Origin: Eubacteriales bacterium
GTDB taxonomy: Bacteria; Bacillota; Clostridia; Oscillospirales; QAKW01
Assembly (NCBI GenBank): GCA_045593905.1
Contig: JAZNXL010000015.1
Location: 4,572-68,571, forward strand
Direction of reading: 5' to 3'
Length of the DNA stretch: 64,000 bases
Of the stretch, positions 20,222 to 30,941 are shown one piece after another (position 1 is the stretch's first letter; each line of letters begins with the position of its first letter). Below the pieces are notes generated by a model, which saw nothing but the letters and a program-made list of their open reading frames with translations, had not been told where the DNA came from and made no database searches. The position numbers and the translations under genes are program-made.

Positions 20222-21829
20222 ATGACAACCTTAACCGATAAAATACAACAGGATAATATCAACCTTGGTACATTGCAAAAATATGCCGATATTATAAATG
20301 CCGGTCAGCTTGTTGCGTTTCCTACCGAAACAGTTTACGGACTCGGCGCAAACGCGCTTGACAGCGAGGCGGTTAAAAAAATCTTTGCGGTTAAAAACCG
20401 CCCTGCCAACAACCCGCTTATTGTGCATATAAGCGACGTGTCAATGCTTAAGGACATTGTTTCAAATGTCCCTGATTTTGTGCTACCACTTTTAAAGGCG
20501 TTTTGGCCGGGTGCACTCACTGTTATATTTAAAAAATCGGATATAATTCCTGACGTTGTTACAGCAGGCGGCGATACCGTTGCAGTCCGCTGCCCGTCCC
20601 ACCCCATCGCAAACGCACTTATAAAGCTTTCGGGTGTGCCTATTGTTGCGCCCAGCGCCAACCTTTCAACCAAGCCGTCACCCACCGAGTACCAGCACGT
20701 TAAAACCGACCTGTTTGGTAAAGTCAGCGGTATTATCGACGGCGGAAGCTGTGATATTGGTATTGAAAGCACAGTCGTTATGCCAAACACCGACGGCAGC
20801 CTTACAGTTTTACGCCCCGGCGCAATAACACCCAAAATGCTTGAGCAAAAAGGCTACAAGGTAACAGTTGATAAAAATGTTCTTGAGCCTGTAAAAAACA
20901 ATACTAAAGTCGCATCCCCCGGTATGCTCTACCGCCACTACGCGCCAAAAGCACCAATGGAGCTTGTGCGCGGAAACGACGCGGTAAATTATATTAATTC
21001 AAAATTAAAACAGTACAAAAACCCCGCAGTTTTGTGCTTTTATAACGAAAAATCGCTGTTTGATGCGCTTTGTATCGAGTACGGCGACCCGAAAAATCCG
21101 CTCACTCTTTCGCATAATCTTTTTGCAGCTTTAAGAGAGTTTGATGAAAAAGAAGTAGACTACATATTCGCACGCGTAATTGAACCCGAAGGCGTTGGAC
21201 TTGGCATATACAACCGTATGCTTCGCGCCGCATCGTTTAACGTAACCTTTGCAAACAAAAAAACAGTTGTAGGCGTTACAGGCTATAGCGGCAGCGGTAA
21301 AACCACCGTTTGCGGCTATCTTTCAAATAACGGTTTTTGCCATATAAATACTGACAAGCTTGTGCACGAGCGCGTGTATACCGACCCCGAGGTTTTAAAA
21401 AACCTTGTGTCGCTTTTTGGCGGCGACGTTGTAAAAGACGGCGAGGTTGACCGCAAGGCGCTCGGTAATATTGTTTTTTCTGATAAAACCGCCTATAATT
21501 CGCTTGTTACAATGCTCACTTCGTATATTGTAACCGCTGTTAAAAAGGCAGTTGATTTGAGCGATGGCGAATTTGTGTGCGTTGATGCACCGCAGCTATT
21601 CCAATATCGGCTCGAGTCAATTTGTGATTATACGCTCGGTGTTATAAGCGATAACGCGCTCAAAAACATTATAGAGCGGGACGGCATTGACATTGACAGC
21701 GCAAAAAAACGGCTTAACAACCAAAACGGCAATCAGTTTTTTATTGAAAACTGCGATTTTGTAATAAACAATAACGGTAGTTTACAACAGCTCTTTGAGG
21801 CTGTAGACAACATTATTAAGAGGATATAA
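20222..21829 (+). CDS. fusion: L-threonylcarbamoyladenylate synthase (Sua5/TsaC/YwlC) + dephospho-CoA kinase (CoaE)-like domain
   Basis: N-terminal YrdC fold (FPTETVYGLGANA, NRPANNPLIVHI, APSANLS) and Sua5 domain. The C-terminal ~190 aa carry P-loop GVTGYSGSGKTT, DRKALGNIVFSD, DAPQLF and ERDGID, which matches the CoaE layout. Confidence 0.8.
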   Translation: MTTLTDKIQQDNINLGTLQKYADIINAGQLVAFPTETVYGLGANALDSEAVKKIFAVKNRPANNPLIVHISDVSMLKDIVSNVPDFVLPLLKAFWPGALTVIFKKSDIIPDVVTAGGDTVAVRCPSHPIANALIKLSGVPIVAPSANLSTKPSPTEYQHVKTDLFGKVSGIIDGGSCDIGIESTVVMPNTDGSLTVLRPGAITPKMLEQKGYKVTVDKNVLEPVKNNTKVASPGMLYRHYAPKAPMELVRGNDAVNYINSKLKQYKNPAVLCFYNEKSLFDALCIEYGDPKNPLTLSHNLFAALREFDEKEVDYIFARVIEPEGVGLGIYNRMLRAASFNVTFANKKTVVGVTGYSGSGKTTVCGYLSNNGFCHINTDKLVHERVYTDPEVLKNLVSLFGGDVVKDGEVDRKALGNIVFSDKTAYNSLVTMLTSYIVTAVKKAVDLSDGEFVCVDAPQLFQYRLESICDYTLGVISDNALKNIIERDGIDIDSAKKRLNNQNGNQFFIENCDFVINNNGSLQQLFEAVDNIIKRI

Positions 21830-21832
21830 TAT

Positions 21833-22366
21833 TTGAAAAAACGACTGATAATAACAATATTTGCCGCCTTGGTATTGATTGCTTTGGTGCTCTGGTCGCT
21901 TTACTATTTGTTTCCGCAAAAGTATAGTGAACAGGTAACCGAGTACTCAAATCAGTACGGCATTGATAAAACCCTTGTTTACGCAATAATCAAGTGCGAG
22001 AGCAACTTTAATGCCAACGCAATGTCAAGCGCAAACGCACAGGGACTTATGCAGCTGACGCCCGATACGTTTTCGTGGGCGTATTCAAAACAACATAACA
22101 AACAACCCGAGAGCATAATGCTGTTTGATGCAAAAACAAATATCTGCTACGGTTGTGCAACCTATTCAATGCTCAAAGCAGAGTTTAAAGACGATACAGT
22201 AGCGCTTGCCGCCTATAACGCAGGCAGGTCGCGTGTTAAATCGTGGCTTTCAAACCCTCAATACTCAAAAGACGGAAAAACCCTTTGCGATATTCCGTAT
22301 CCCGAAACCAAAACTTATGTTAAAAAAGTTTTGAACACACAAAAAATTTATAAATTTTTATATTAA
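21833..22366 (+). CDS. membrane-anchored lytic transglycosylase (SLT domain)
   Basis: TTG start. TM segment, then AIIKCESNFNANAMSSANAQGLMQL and AAYNAG. Confidence 0.8.
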   Translation: MKKRLIITIFAALVLIALVLWSLYYLFPQKYSEQVTEYSNQYGIDKTLVYAIIKCESNFNANAMSSANAQGLMQLTPDTFSWAYSKQHNKQPESIMLFDAKTNICYGCATYSMLKAEFKDDTVALAAYNAGRSRVKSWLSNPQYSKDGKTLCDIPYPETKTYVKKVLNTQKIYKFLY

Positions 22367-22382
22367 AGGTGGGTAAAAAGTT

Positions 22383-23729
22383 ATGTCAAACGAACTTATT
22401 TACAAAAAACAAAACATCTTTGAAAAGGTGGAAAACACTACCGCTATTTTTGAAAAGTGCGAAGGTTATATCGACTTTTTAAATAGCTGTAAAACCGAGC
22501 GCGCATGCGTTAAGTATTTTGAAAAACGCGCTATCGAAAACGGCTTTAAAAAGCTTGATTTTTCTAAGCCTTTAAAAGCGGGCGACAAGTTTTATGCAAT
22601 AAACCGCAACAAGTCTATCTTTGTTGGTATTATGGGCGAAGATATTGAAAACCGCGGTATACATATTTCGGCGGCACACATCGACGCACCGCGCCTCGAT
22701 TTAAAACCGCAACCTGTTTACGAAGACGAGGGCATTGCGCTTTTAAAAACACACTACTACGGCGGTATTAAAAAATATCAATGGACTGCAATTCCGCTTG
22801 CAATGGAGGGTGTTGCAATAACGACCAAGGGTGAAACTGTTGATTTTTGTGATAACGACTATACATTTTGCATAACCGACCTTTTACCCCACCTTGCAAA
22901 AGACCAAAGCACAAAAACTCTTGGCGAGGCTATCGAGGGTGAGGGCCTTCGTATCGTTTGCGGCTCAATTCCGTCTAAGGACGATACCGACAACAAAGTA
23001 AAAATGACTGTTCTTAAAATACTCAACGAAAAATACGGCATTACCGAGCGCGACTTAATTTCGGCCGAGATTTCGTTTGTGCCAAAGTTCGAGGCTCAGA
23101 GCATCGGCTTTGACAAGAGTATGGTTGGCGCTTACGGTCACGACGATAGAATTTGCGCGTGGACTGCGTTTGAAGCGCTTGTTGATGCACAAAAAACAAA
23201 CCGCAGCGTACTTGTTGCACTTGTTGATAAAGAAGAAATCGGCTCTGACGGTGTAACAGGTATTAAGAGCGAGTTTTTTGAAATGGTACTCGAAAAAATG
23301 TGCGAGGGCGTAAACGTTCGCTTTGCACTTTACAATAGTAAATGCCTGTCGGCTGACGTAAACGCGGCGTTTGACCCGCTTTATCCTTCGGTACTTGATA
23401 AGCAAAACGCATCAATCATGGGCTGCGGACCTACCGTTACCAAGTACACGGGTGCACGCGGTAAGTCATCAACATCAGATGCCAACGCCGAAACAATGGC
23501 ATACTTTACCAACCTTTTTGATAAAAACGGCGTTATCTGGCAATCGGGTCTTTTGGGCAAGGTTGACCAGGGCGGTGGCGGAACTGTTGCAAAATACGTT
23601 GCAAACCGCAATATTGACACACTCGATATAGGTGTTGGTCTTTTGTCTATGCACGCACCCTACGAGCTTGCATCAAAGGCTGATATTTACGAAACATACC
23701 GCGCATTCAAAGCATTTATGGAGGACTAA
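22383..23729 (+). CDS. M18-family aminopeptidase
   Basis: About 448 aa with AAHIDAPRLDLKP, VDKEEIGSDG and GVGLLSMHAP-type metal-ligand segments. Confidence 0.72.
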   Translation: MSNELIYKKQNIFEKVENTTAIFEKCEGYIDFLNSCKTERACVKYFEKRAIENGFKKLDFSKPLKAGDKFYAINRNKSIFVGIMGEDIENRGIHISAAHIDAPRLDLKPQPVYEDEGIALLKTHYYGGIKKYQWTAIPLAMEGVAITTKGETVDFCDNDYTFCITDLLPHLAKDQSTKTLGEAIEGEGLRIVCGSIPSKDDTDNKVKMTVLKILNEKYGITERDLISAEISFVPKFEAQSIGFDKSMVGAYGHDDRICAWTAFEALVDAQKTNRSVLVALVDKEEIGSDGVTGIKSEFFEMVLEKMCEGVNVRFALYNSKCLSADVNAAFDPLYPSVLDKQNASIMGCGPTVTKYTGARGKSSTSDANAETMAYFTNLFDKNGVIWQSGLLGKVDQGGGGTVAKYVANRNIDTLDIGVGLLSMHAPYELASKADIYETYRAFKAFMED

Positions 23730-23732
23730 GCA

Positions 23733-26114
23733 ATGGCTAATAAATGCGGATTTACCTATACCGACCTTATGCTTCCGTCTTTTAGCAAAGACGCCGAAGC
23801 TATGAAAAAATGGGCTTGCGTTGCCTGTGACCAGTACACAAGCGAGCCTGAGTATTGGAACGAGGTTGAAGCGCTTGTGGGTGATGCGCCCTCAACTCTA
23901 AAGCTTATGCTTCCCGAAATTTATCTTGATAAAACCGAAAAGCGTTCGCCTGAAATCACAAAAACAATGAGCGACTATATAAGCTCAGGTGTATTAAAAA
24001 CTCAGCGTCAGCGTCTTATATATGTAAAAAGAACGCTTGCAAACGGTAAGGTGCGCCGCGGACTTGTAGGTGCAATCGACCTTGAGGTATACGACTATTC
24101 CAACGGTACAACCGCACTTTGCAGACCTACCGAAATGACTGTTACCTCGCGTCTTCCCGCGCGTGTTGAAATACGCAAAAACGCGACTGTTGAGTTACCG
24201 CATATTATGATGCTTATCGATGATAAAGAAAAAACAGTAATTGAGGGACTTGATTCGTACACGGCGCTTTGCGAAAAGGTTTACGATTTTGACCTTATGC
24301 AAGGCGGCGGACATATCGAAGGCTACTCAATAATTACCGAGTATTCGCGCACTATCCTTGACCTTATTGACCAGCTTTGTGAGAAGCCAAGAGCTGAGCA
24401 TCCTTTGATTTATGCAGTGGGCGACGGCAACCACTCGCTTGCCGCCGCAAAGCTTTATTACGAGCAATTAAAGGCAGAGCTTGGCGACAAAGCCAAAAAT
24501 CACCCCGCACGCTATGCTCTTGTTGAGCTTGTTAATCTTTATGACGAGGCGCTTGAGTTTGAGCCTATCCACCGCGTTTTCTTTGGCGCAGATGTAAACA
24601 AGATTATGCAAAAAATGAGCGACTACTGCGGTCTTGTAAAAGGCAAGGCGCAAGGTCAAACGTTTGACGTTTGTATAGGTGACACGATACAAACCTATAC
24701 CTTTACCAAGCCAAATTGCGCGCTCACAGTTGGCACAATTCAAAATTTTCTCGACCAATACGAAAAGACTTATGGCGGTCATACCGATTATATCCACGGC
24801 GATGACGTGGTTAAAAAACTCTGCGCCGAGGGCGCTGACCGTGTAGGTTTTATCGTTGACGGTATCGAAAAAGACAACTTTTTCGAGGTTATAAAAAAAG
24901 ACGGAGTATTGCCGCGCAAAACCTTTTCTATGGGTCACGCCTGCGATAAGCGCTTTTATATTGAATGCCGCAGCATTGTGGCTCCCAAAGAAAAATTAAA
25001 AAAAGTGGGTAAACAGGTGGCTTTTCTTGAAACCTCACCTCAAAACGCACGTAACGGAGAAGGTACTTTTGTACGTCTTAAAGACGGCAGAATTATGTAC
25101 GCTTACACCTACTATATCGGCAGTAATTTTGCCGATGACGGTCATGCCGATATCTATGCAATTTATTCGAAAGACGAGGGCGAAAGCTGGACTGAGCCCG
25201 AACTTTTACTTGCTCACGATGAGACGGCGCAAAACTATATGTCGCCTTCGATTATTCGTATGCCCGACGGCAATCTCGGTATGATATTTGACCGAAAAGA
25301 GCGAATTGCAACATCTACCGACTGTATCGTGTATTTTACATCGTCTTGCGACGAGGGTAAAACCTGGAGCAAGCCGATATCCTGCTGCGGTGACAGACAC
25401 GATTACACCGGCGCAGTTAACGATACTATTGTTTGTCTCAAAAGCGGCAGACTTATGGTAGCACTTGCAGGAAATCATCCCGATTATAAACCCGATGACG
25501 TAAACGGTAACGTTATATATTTTAAATATTCAGATGACTGCGGTAAAACGTGGAAGCGTATGCAAAACGTAGTGAGTTCGCCATATACAGACCGCTCAGG
25601 TTTGGTAGAACCCGGTATTTACGAGTACCAAGACGGCAAACTATGGATGTATTGCCGTACAACCTACGGCTTTCAGTATGAATCGTTTTCTGAAGACGGA
25701 GGTGTTAGTTGGTCACCTGCCGTGCCCAGCTTTAACTTTACATCGCCCGACTCGCCCATGCGTGTAAAAAGGATAGGGGAGCTTACTGTGGCGGTATATA
25801 ATCCGCAGCCTTATTATCCTACGCGTCTTGACCTGTCGTCTAGCGGAACACCCCGACGTACACCGCTTGTAATGGCAGTAAGCCGCAACGACGGCAAATC
25901 GTTTGATGCAACCGGTAAATCATACAATAGCTTTGGTCTTGCAGATTTTCAAGATAGTCTTTACACTCTCGAAAATGACCCTGAAAACGCGTTTTGCTAT
26001 CCTGCAATAATCGGCGTTAAAGACGGCATATTGATTGCATACTACCACTCAAACAATTCAGGTCACACACTCGACTCGGCAAAAATAATCAAAGTTTCAT
26101 ATGACGAAATATAG
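23733..26114 (+). CDS. fusion: DUF1015 domain + BNR/Asp-box (sialidase-fold) beta-propeller
   Basis: The N-terminal ~415 aa resemble DUF1015 (ACDQYTSEPEYW, GDGNHSLAAAK). The C-terminal ~370 aa carry Asp-boxes SKDEGESW, SCDEGKTW, SDDCGKTW, SEDGGVSW and SRNDGKSF. No signal peptide. Confidence 0.7.
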   Translation: MANKCGFTYTDLMLPSFSKDAEAMKKWACVACDQYTSEPEYWNEVEALVGDAPSTLKLMLPEIYLDKTEKRSPEITKTMSDYISSGVLKTQRQRLIYVKRTLANGKVRRGLVGAIDLEVYDYSNGTTALCRPTEMTVTSRLPARVEIRKNATVELPHIMMLIDDKEKTVIEGLDSYTALCEKVYDFDLMQGGGHIEGYSIITEYSRTILDLIDQLCEKPRAEHPLIYAVGDGNHSLAAAKLYYEQLKAELGDKAKNHPARYALVELVNLYDEALEFEPIHRVFFGADVNKIMQKMSDYCGLVKGKAQGQTFDVCIGDTIQTYTFTKPNCALTVGTIQNFLDQYEKTYGGHTDYIHGDDVVKKLCAEGADRVGFIVDGIEKDNFFEVIKKDGVLPRKTFSMGHACDKRFYIECRSIVAPKEKLKKVGKQVAFLETSPQNARNGEGTFVRLKDGRIMYAYTYYIGSNFADDGHADIYAIYSKDEGESWTEPELLLAHDETAQNYMSPSIIRMPDGNLGMIFDRKERIATSTDCIVYFTSSCDEGKTWSKPISCCGDRHDYTGAVNDTIVCLKSGRLMVALAGNHPDYKPDDVNGNVIYFKYSDDCGKTWKRMQNVVSSPYTDRSGLVEPGIYEYQDGKLWMYCRTTYGFQYESFSEDGGVSWSPAVPSFNFTSPDSPMRVKRIGELTVAVYNPQPYYPTRLDLSSSGTPRRTPLVMAVSRNDGKSFDATGKSYNSFGLADFQDSLYTLENDPENAFCYPAIIGVKDGILIAYYHSNNSGHTLDSAKIIKVSYDEI

Positions 26115-26137
26115 AATTTTTAAAGGGGGAAATTATT

Positions 26138-26923
26138 ATGCTTCATATGAGAGAAAGCCGTGTATTACGCAAAATGCGTAGCGGCAAGGTTGCAACCTGT
26201 ACCAAGCTTAATTTATCCGACCCGAGAGCTGCCGAAATTGCATCACTTTGCGGTTTTGACTGCATTTGGGTTGACCTTGAGCATGTGCCGAATAGTATGG
26301 CATCAGTTGAGGATGCTGTTCGCGCGGCAAAGGCTTATGATGTTGACGTCCTTACCCGTGTTTCAAAGGGCTGCTACAGTGATATTTGCCGTCCGCTTGA
26401 GGCAGACTCGGCAGGTGTTATGGTACCGCATCTTATGAGCCTTGAAGAAGCAAAACAAATTGTTTACTACACAAAATTCCACCCCATTGGCCGCCGCCCT
26501 ATAGATGGCGGTAATGCCGATGGTAAATACTGCCTTGTTAATACACCTGAATACATAACCGAGGCAAACAGTGAGCGCTTTACAGTTGTTCAGATTGAAG
26601 ACCCCGAGCCACTTGCCGAGCTTGAAGAAATTTGTGCACTGCCGGGCATTGATATGATTTTCTTTGGTCCTGCCGACTTTTCACAAGGTATTGGCAGCCC
26701 GCTTGGTGGCAACCCCGAGGTCGATAGAGTTCGCGCGCTTGTTGCAAAAACAGCGAGAAAACACGGTAAATTTGCAGGTACTGTTGGCAGCGCTGATAAC
26801 TTTGACCAACTTGTAAAACTTGGCTACACCTTTATCTCAACAGGCGCCGACGTGGTTGCGCTGTGGCAATATTTTGGGGATATTGCCAAAAAGGTAGAGG
26901 GTAGAGATATAGCTGATTTATAG
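26138..26923 (+). CDS. HpcH/HpaI-family 2-keto-3-deoxy-acid aldolase
   Basis: GFDCIWVDLEH, QIEDPE and FFGPADFS match class II aldolase/citrate-lyase-beta-type segments. Confidence 0.78.
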   Translation: MLHMRESRVLRKMRSGKVATCTKLNLSDPRAAEIASLCGFDCIWVDLEHVPNSMASVEDAVRAAKAYDVDVLTRVSKGCYSDICRPLEADSAGVMVPHLMSLEEAKQIVYYTKFHPIGRRPIDGGNADGKYCLVNTPEYITEANSERFTVVQIEDPEPLAELEEICALPGIDMIFFGPADFSQGIGSPLGGNPEVDRVRALVAKTARKHGKFAGTVGSADNFDQLVKLGYTFISTGADVVALWQYFGDIAKKVEGRDIADL

Positions 26924-26935
26924 GGGGAGTATATT

Positions 26936-27898
26936 ATGAATTTTCCACTTGGTGATAAGCCTTTAAAAATAGGCATACTCGGTTTTACCGAGGGCAACGG
27001 ACACCCGTATTCGTGGAGTGCGATGTTCAATAACTACAACAAAGACGAAATGGAAAGCTGCGGCTTTCCGGTAATTCCGCGCTATCTTGAAAAGCAACCT
27101 GAACATACCTTTGGTATTGAAGGCGCAAAAATAACCTGTGTTTGCTGCACAGGCTTTAAGGGCAGGGAAGAGGCCGAGCATATTGCACGCGCGGCTAATA
27201 TTCCTACAGTATATGATGACCCTACACAAATGATTGGCAATGTTGATGCCGTTATTGTTGCTACCGATGACGGTAACGAGCACGTAGAGCGTTGCCGCCC
27301 GTTTGTTGAAGCGGGAATTCCTATGTTTATTGACAAACCGCTTGTCAACACCGAACAAGATTTGCAAACCTTTGTTAAATGGCGCAAAGAGGGCGCAAAG
27401 TTTATTTCGTCGTCTTGTATGCGCTATGCAAAAGAGTATGAAATCTTTTATGATAACCACTATGAACTCGGCGAGCTTATGTATATATTGTCGCCAATGG
27501 CAAAAAAATACGAGCACTATGGTATCCACGCGCTCGAGGCAATGTATCCGCTTTTAAAAGAGGGCTTTGTGTCGGTGCGCAACACAGGTACTGTTGAGCG
27601 TTCAATTGTTCATATCAAGCACAAAAGCGGCTGTAATGTAAACGTTGTTTTGGGTGTTGGTATGGCAGGTGCCGGTATGACTGTTATCGGCTCGCTCGAC
27701 TCACGCTATCTTCGGGTAGGCGACTCGTATTACGCATTTAAAAAGCAACTCGATGTGTTTGTAAAATGGCTTAGAACAGGCATAGAGCCGTTCCCGTTCA
27801 GTCAAACGGTTGAGCTTATGAAGCTTGTTATAGGCGGTCTTCGTTCTCGTGAAGAGGGCGGCCGCGAGGTATTCCTCGACGAAATTAAAGCAGAATAA
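26936..27898 (+). CDS. Gfo/Idh/MocA-family oxidoreductase
   Basis: N-terminal Rossmann-like KIGILGFTEGNGHPYSW, about 320 aa. 12-nt gap after the aldolase gene. Confidence 0.7.
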   Translation: MNFPLGDKPLKIGILGFTEGNGHPYSWSAMFNNYNKDEMESCGFPVIPRYLEKQPEHTFGIEGAKITCVCCTGFKGREEAEHIARAANIPTVYDDPTQMIGNVDAVIVATDDGNEHVERCRPFVEAGIPMFIDKPLVNTEQDLQTFVKWRKEGAKFISSSCMRYAKEYEIFYDNHYELGELMYILSPMAKKYEHYGIHALEAMYPLLKEGFVSVRNTGTVERSIVHIKHKSGCNVNVVLGVGMAGAGMTVIGSLDSRYLRVGDSYYAFKKQLDVFVKWLRTGIEPFPFSQTVELMKLVIGGLRSREEGGREVFLDEIKAE

Positions 27899-27902
27899 AA
27901 TA

Positions 27903-27936
27903 AAAAAAAGAGGCTCTCGGTCGAGAGCCTCTTTTA
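27903..27936. terminator. bidirectional terminator
   Basis: Stem aaagaggctctcg / cgagagcctcttt with flanking A and T runs. Confidence 0.8.
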
Positions 27937-27941
27937 ATTTG

Positions 27942-28343
27942 TTATATGTATTTTGTTACAGATTCGGGAGCGGTTTTTTCGTCAGCCGAAACAAGAACAA
28001 CAACTTTTGCTTCGCCTGCAATGTTGTCAATGTCAGCAAGTGCCTGACCGAATTTTTCAAGGTCGTTGCCGGTGATTTTAAGAGCACCGTCAACAAAAAT
28101 TGAAGAAATGTCGTAGTTGCTTGCAAACAAGCCTTTGATAAAGCCTGCAAATGCATCAAAACCGCTTATATTATAATCTTTAGTATTGATAAGACGAACC
28201 TGTGAGGAAATATCGTACTTTAAACCTTCGCCGTATTCGAGGCAAACAACGTTACCTTTTTCGGTTTTAGCAGCTTCGTTTACCATTTCGATAAGCTTTT
28301 TGGTTTTTCCTGTACCCTTTGTTCCGATAATCGCTTTAATCAT
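27942..28343 (-). CDS. small stand-alone P-loop protein, family not recognised
   Basis: 133 aa. Walker A-like GTKGTGKT at residues 7-14 and a hydrophobic strand + D (SSIFVDGA) as a possible Walker B. GAGAGGAG RBS. Confidence 0.55.
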   Translation of the reverse strand: MIKAIIGTKGTGKTKKLIEMVNEAAKTEKGNVVCLEYGEGLKYDISSQVRLINTKDYNISGFDAFAGFIKGLFASNYDISSIFVDGALKITGNDLEKFGQALADIDNIAGEAKVVVLVSADEKTAPESVTKYI

Positions 28344-28417
28344 ATTAAATCTCCTCTCGCTGCTTTTTGCAGCCTTTTATTTTTTACAGCAACCACAGTT
28401 GCCGCTTAGTTACTTTT

Positions 28418-29752
28418 TTATATTTCGGCAATCTTTTTGTTTATTGCCTCGGTTTCTTTTTCGTAACCGGGTTTGCCTAAAAGTGCAAACATATTCTTTT
28501 TGTATGCTTCAACACCGGGTTGGTCAAACGGGTTAACACCAAGAAGGTAACCCGAGATTGCGCAAGCCTTTTCGAAGAAGTATACAAGATAGCCAAAGCT
28601 ATATTCGTCGTAGCCGTCAAACTCGATAATAATGTTTGGAACGCCGCCGTCGTTATGTGCAAGAACAGTGCCTAAAAACGCGTTGTCGTTAACGTAGCTT
28701 ACAGTTTTGCCTGCAAGGAAGTTAAGCCCGTCAAGGTCGCCTTCAACTTCGCCGATTGTAATGTCGCGTTTAACGGTTTTTGCTTTTAATACTGTTTCGA
28801 ACATTGTGCGTGTGCCGTCTTGAACAAACTGACCAAGTGAGTGAAGGTCGGTTGAAAAGTTCGCTGAAGCAGGGAATATACCCTTGCCGTCTTTGCCTTC
28901 GCTCTCGCCGAAAAGCTGTTTATACCACTCGCCAAAGTATACTGCGCAGGGGTCGTAGGTTATGAACATTTCGGTTGCTCTGTTTTTTCTTAAGAGTATG
29001 TTTCTGTCGATTGCGTATTTGTAGCACTCGTTTTCGTCGGTTAAAAAGTCGCATCTTGCAACGTTTGCACCGCGCATCATTTCGTCAATATCAGCGCCTG
29101 AAACGGCAATTGGTAAAAGACCTACTGCGGTAAGCACCGAGAATCTGCCGCCAACGTCGTCGGGTACAACGAATGTTTCGTAGCCCTGTTCGGTTGCGAG
29201 TGCTTTGAGTGTACCGCGTGATTTGTCGGTTGTTACAAAAATGTGGTCTTTAGCGCCATCAACGCCGTATTTTTGTTCGGCAAGTTCTTTGAAAAGTCTA
29301 AACGCTATAGCAGGCTCTGTTGTTGTGCCTGATTTAGAGATAACGTTTATTGAAAAGTCTTTTGCTTTACAAATATCTAAAATCTCGCTTAAATATGTTG
29401 CGCTTATGTTGTTGCCTGCAAAATAAATTTCGGGTGTGTCTTTTGCAAGGTTGTTATAAAGTGTTGAGTGAACAAACTCAATGGCTGCTCTTGCGCCAAG
29501 GTATGAACCGCCAATGCCAATTACAACAAGCACTTGTGAGTTGCCCTGAATTTTTTTAGCAGCAGCTTTAATACGCGCAAACTCTTCTTTGTCATAGTTT
29601 AAAGGAAGGTCGAGCCAACCTAAAAAATCGTTACCTTGTGCTTTTTTTGAGTGGAGCATATTGTGCGCCACTTCAACGTAAGGCTTAAGGTAATCACGCT
29701 CGTGTTGACTTACAAAACCGTTCAAATATTTTTCGTTAACAAATATAGACAT
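28418..29752 (-). CDS. pgi: glucose-6-phosphate isomerase
   Basis: [29 protein letters not shown]. Start set at MSIFVNEKY (ATG 29752). Confidence 0.93.
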   Translation of the reverse strand: MSIFVNEKYLNGFVSQHERDYLKPYVEVAHNMLHSKKAQGNDFLGWLDLPLNYDKEEFARIKAAAKKIQGNSQVLVVIGIGGSYLGARAAIEFVHSTLYNNLAKDTPEIYFAGNNISATYLSEILDICKAKDFSINVISKSGTTTEPAIAFRLFKELAEQKYGVDGAKDHIFVTTDKSRGTLKALATEQGYETFVVPDDVGGRFSVLTAVGLLPIAVSGADIDEMMRGANVARCDFLTDENECYKYAIDRNILLRKNRATEMFITYDPCAVYFGEWYKQLFGESEGKDGKGIFPASANFSTDLHSLGQFVQDGTRTMFETVLKAKTVKRDITIGEVEGDLDGLNFLAGKTVSYVNDNAFLGTVLAHNDGGVPNIIIEFDGYDEYSFGYLVYFFEKACAISGYLLGVNPFDQPGVEAYKKNMFALLGKPGYEKETEAINKKIAEI

Positions 29753-29810
29753 ATTGAAGCTCCTTTCCTTCTTAAATGTATGATACCATAAAAAAATAGT
29801 GTATTCAAGA

Positions 29811-30941
29811 CTAAACAATTAAAAAATGGTAAAGTATTTTTGAAAAAACGTCAAAAACCCCGGCTTTTTTTACTGATTTATTGCAAACAATGTCGGTTTT
29901 TGCAATTTCTTTGCCGTCAATTTTAATTTTCACCTCGCCAAGCTTTTGTCCTTTTTCTACCGGTGCCAGAACATCGCGGCACAGTTCAATCTCATACTCG
30001 GCGTTTGCTTTTTTGCCTTTTTCTACGAGTACACTTATATCGCCTTTTATAATAGGCGAGATTTTGCTTGTTTTACCCTTTATTACTTCAACCTTATCAA
30101 GCTTTGGTATGTCGGGTGTAAAAAGTTCGTATTTTGAAAACCCGTAGTTTAGCATTGCCTTTGCATCGGCATTTCGCGAGTCGCTTGTTTTTGCCGCCAT
30201 TACAACAGCAATAAGCTCCATACCGTTTTGTTCAGCAGTTGCCGATATACAATACCCCGAAGCTGATGTATAGCCTGTTTTTAAGCCTGTTGCACTGTCG
30301 TAAAACCTTATTAATTTATTGGTGTTTGTTAGACCGAACTGACCGTCTCGTATGCTATCCATCCATATCCCTGTATACTTTTTAATGTCACTATGCTTTA
30401 AAAGCTCCTGCGACATTATTGATATATCGCGGGCGGTTGTTAAATGCCCATCGGCATCAAGACCTGTGCAGTTCTTAAATTCGGTATTGTTCATACCAAG
30501 CTCTTTTGCCCGCTTGTTCATTTTATCAACAAACGCCTCGCAGCTGCCCTCACAAAACTCTGCCATGGCTACACAGCAGTCGTTTGCACTTACAACCGCA
30601 ATACACTTTATCATCTCGTCAACAGTGAATTTTTCGCCCTCTTTAAGATATACCTGAGAGCCGCCCATTGACGTTGCGTGCGCTGATACTGTTACAATAT
30701 CTTTATATCCGAATTTACCGTCTTCAATTGCTTCCATAATTAATAAAAGAGTCATAATTTTTGTAACTGATGCAGGCCGCATTTGTTGGTCGGCGTCTTT
30801 TTCAAAAATAACCTTACCGCTCGTCTTTTCTATTAATATGGCTGAAGGCGCTTGTATCTCAAACTCCGACTTGGCAGTTGCAAATACGCTTATGTTTAGC
30901 ATTACCAAAATCATGAACAAAAAACTTATTGTTTTTTTCAT
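29811..30941 (-). CDS. D-alanyl-D-alanine carboxypeptidase (S11, DacB/DacF-like)
   Basis: Signal peptide, SVTKIM (SxxK), SAND (SxN) and KTGYT (KTG). Confidence 0.88.
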   Translation of the reverse strand: MKKTISFLFMILVMLNISVFATAKSEFEIQAPSAILIEKTSGKVIFEKDADQQMRPASVTKIMTLLLIMEAIEDGKFGYKDIVTVSAHATSMGGSQVYLKEGEKFTVDEMIKCIAVVSANDCCVAMAEFCEGSCEAFVDKMNKRAKELGMNNTEFKNCTGLDADGHLTTARDISIMSQELLKHSDIKKYTGIWMDSIRDGQFGLTNTNKLIRFYDSATGLKTGYTSASGYCISATAEQNGMELIAVVMAAKTSDSRNADAKAMLNYGFSKYELFTPDIPKLDKVEVIKGKTSKISPIIKGDISVLVEKGKKANAEYEIELCRDVLAPVEKGQKLGEVKIKIDGKEIAKTDIVCNKSVKKAGVFDVFSKILYHFLIV

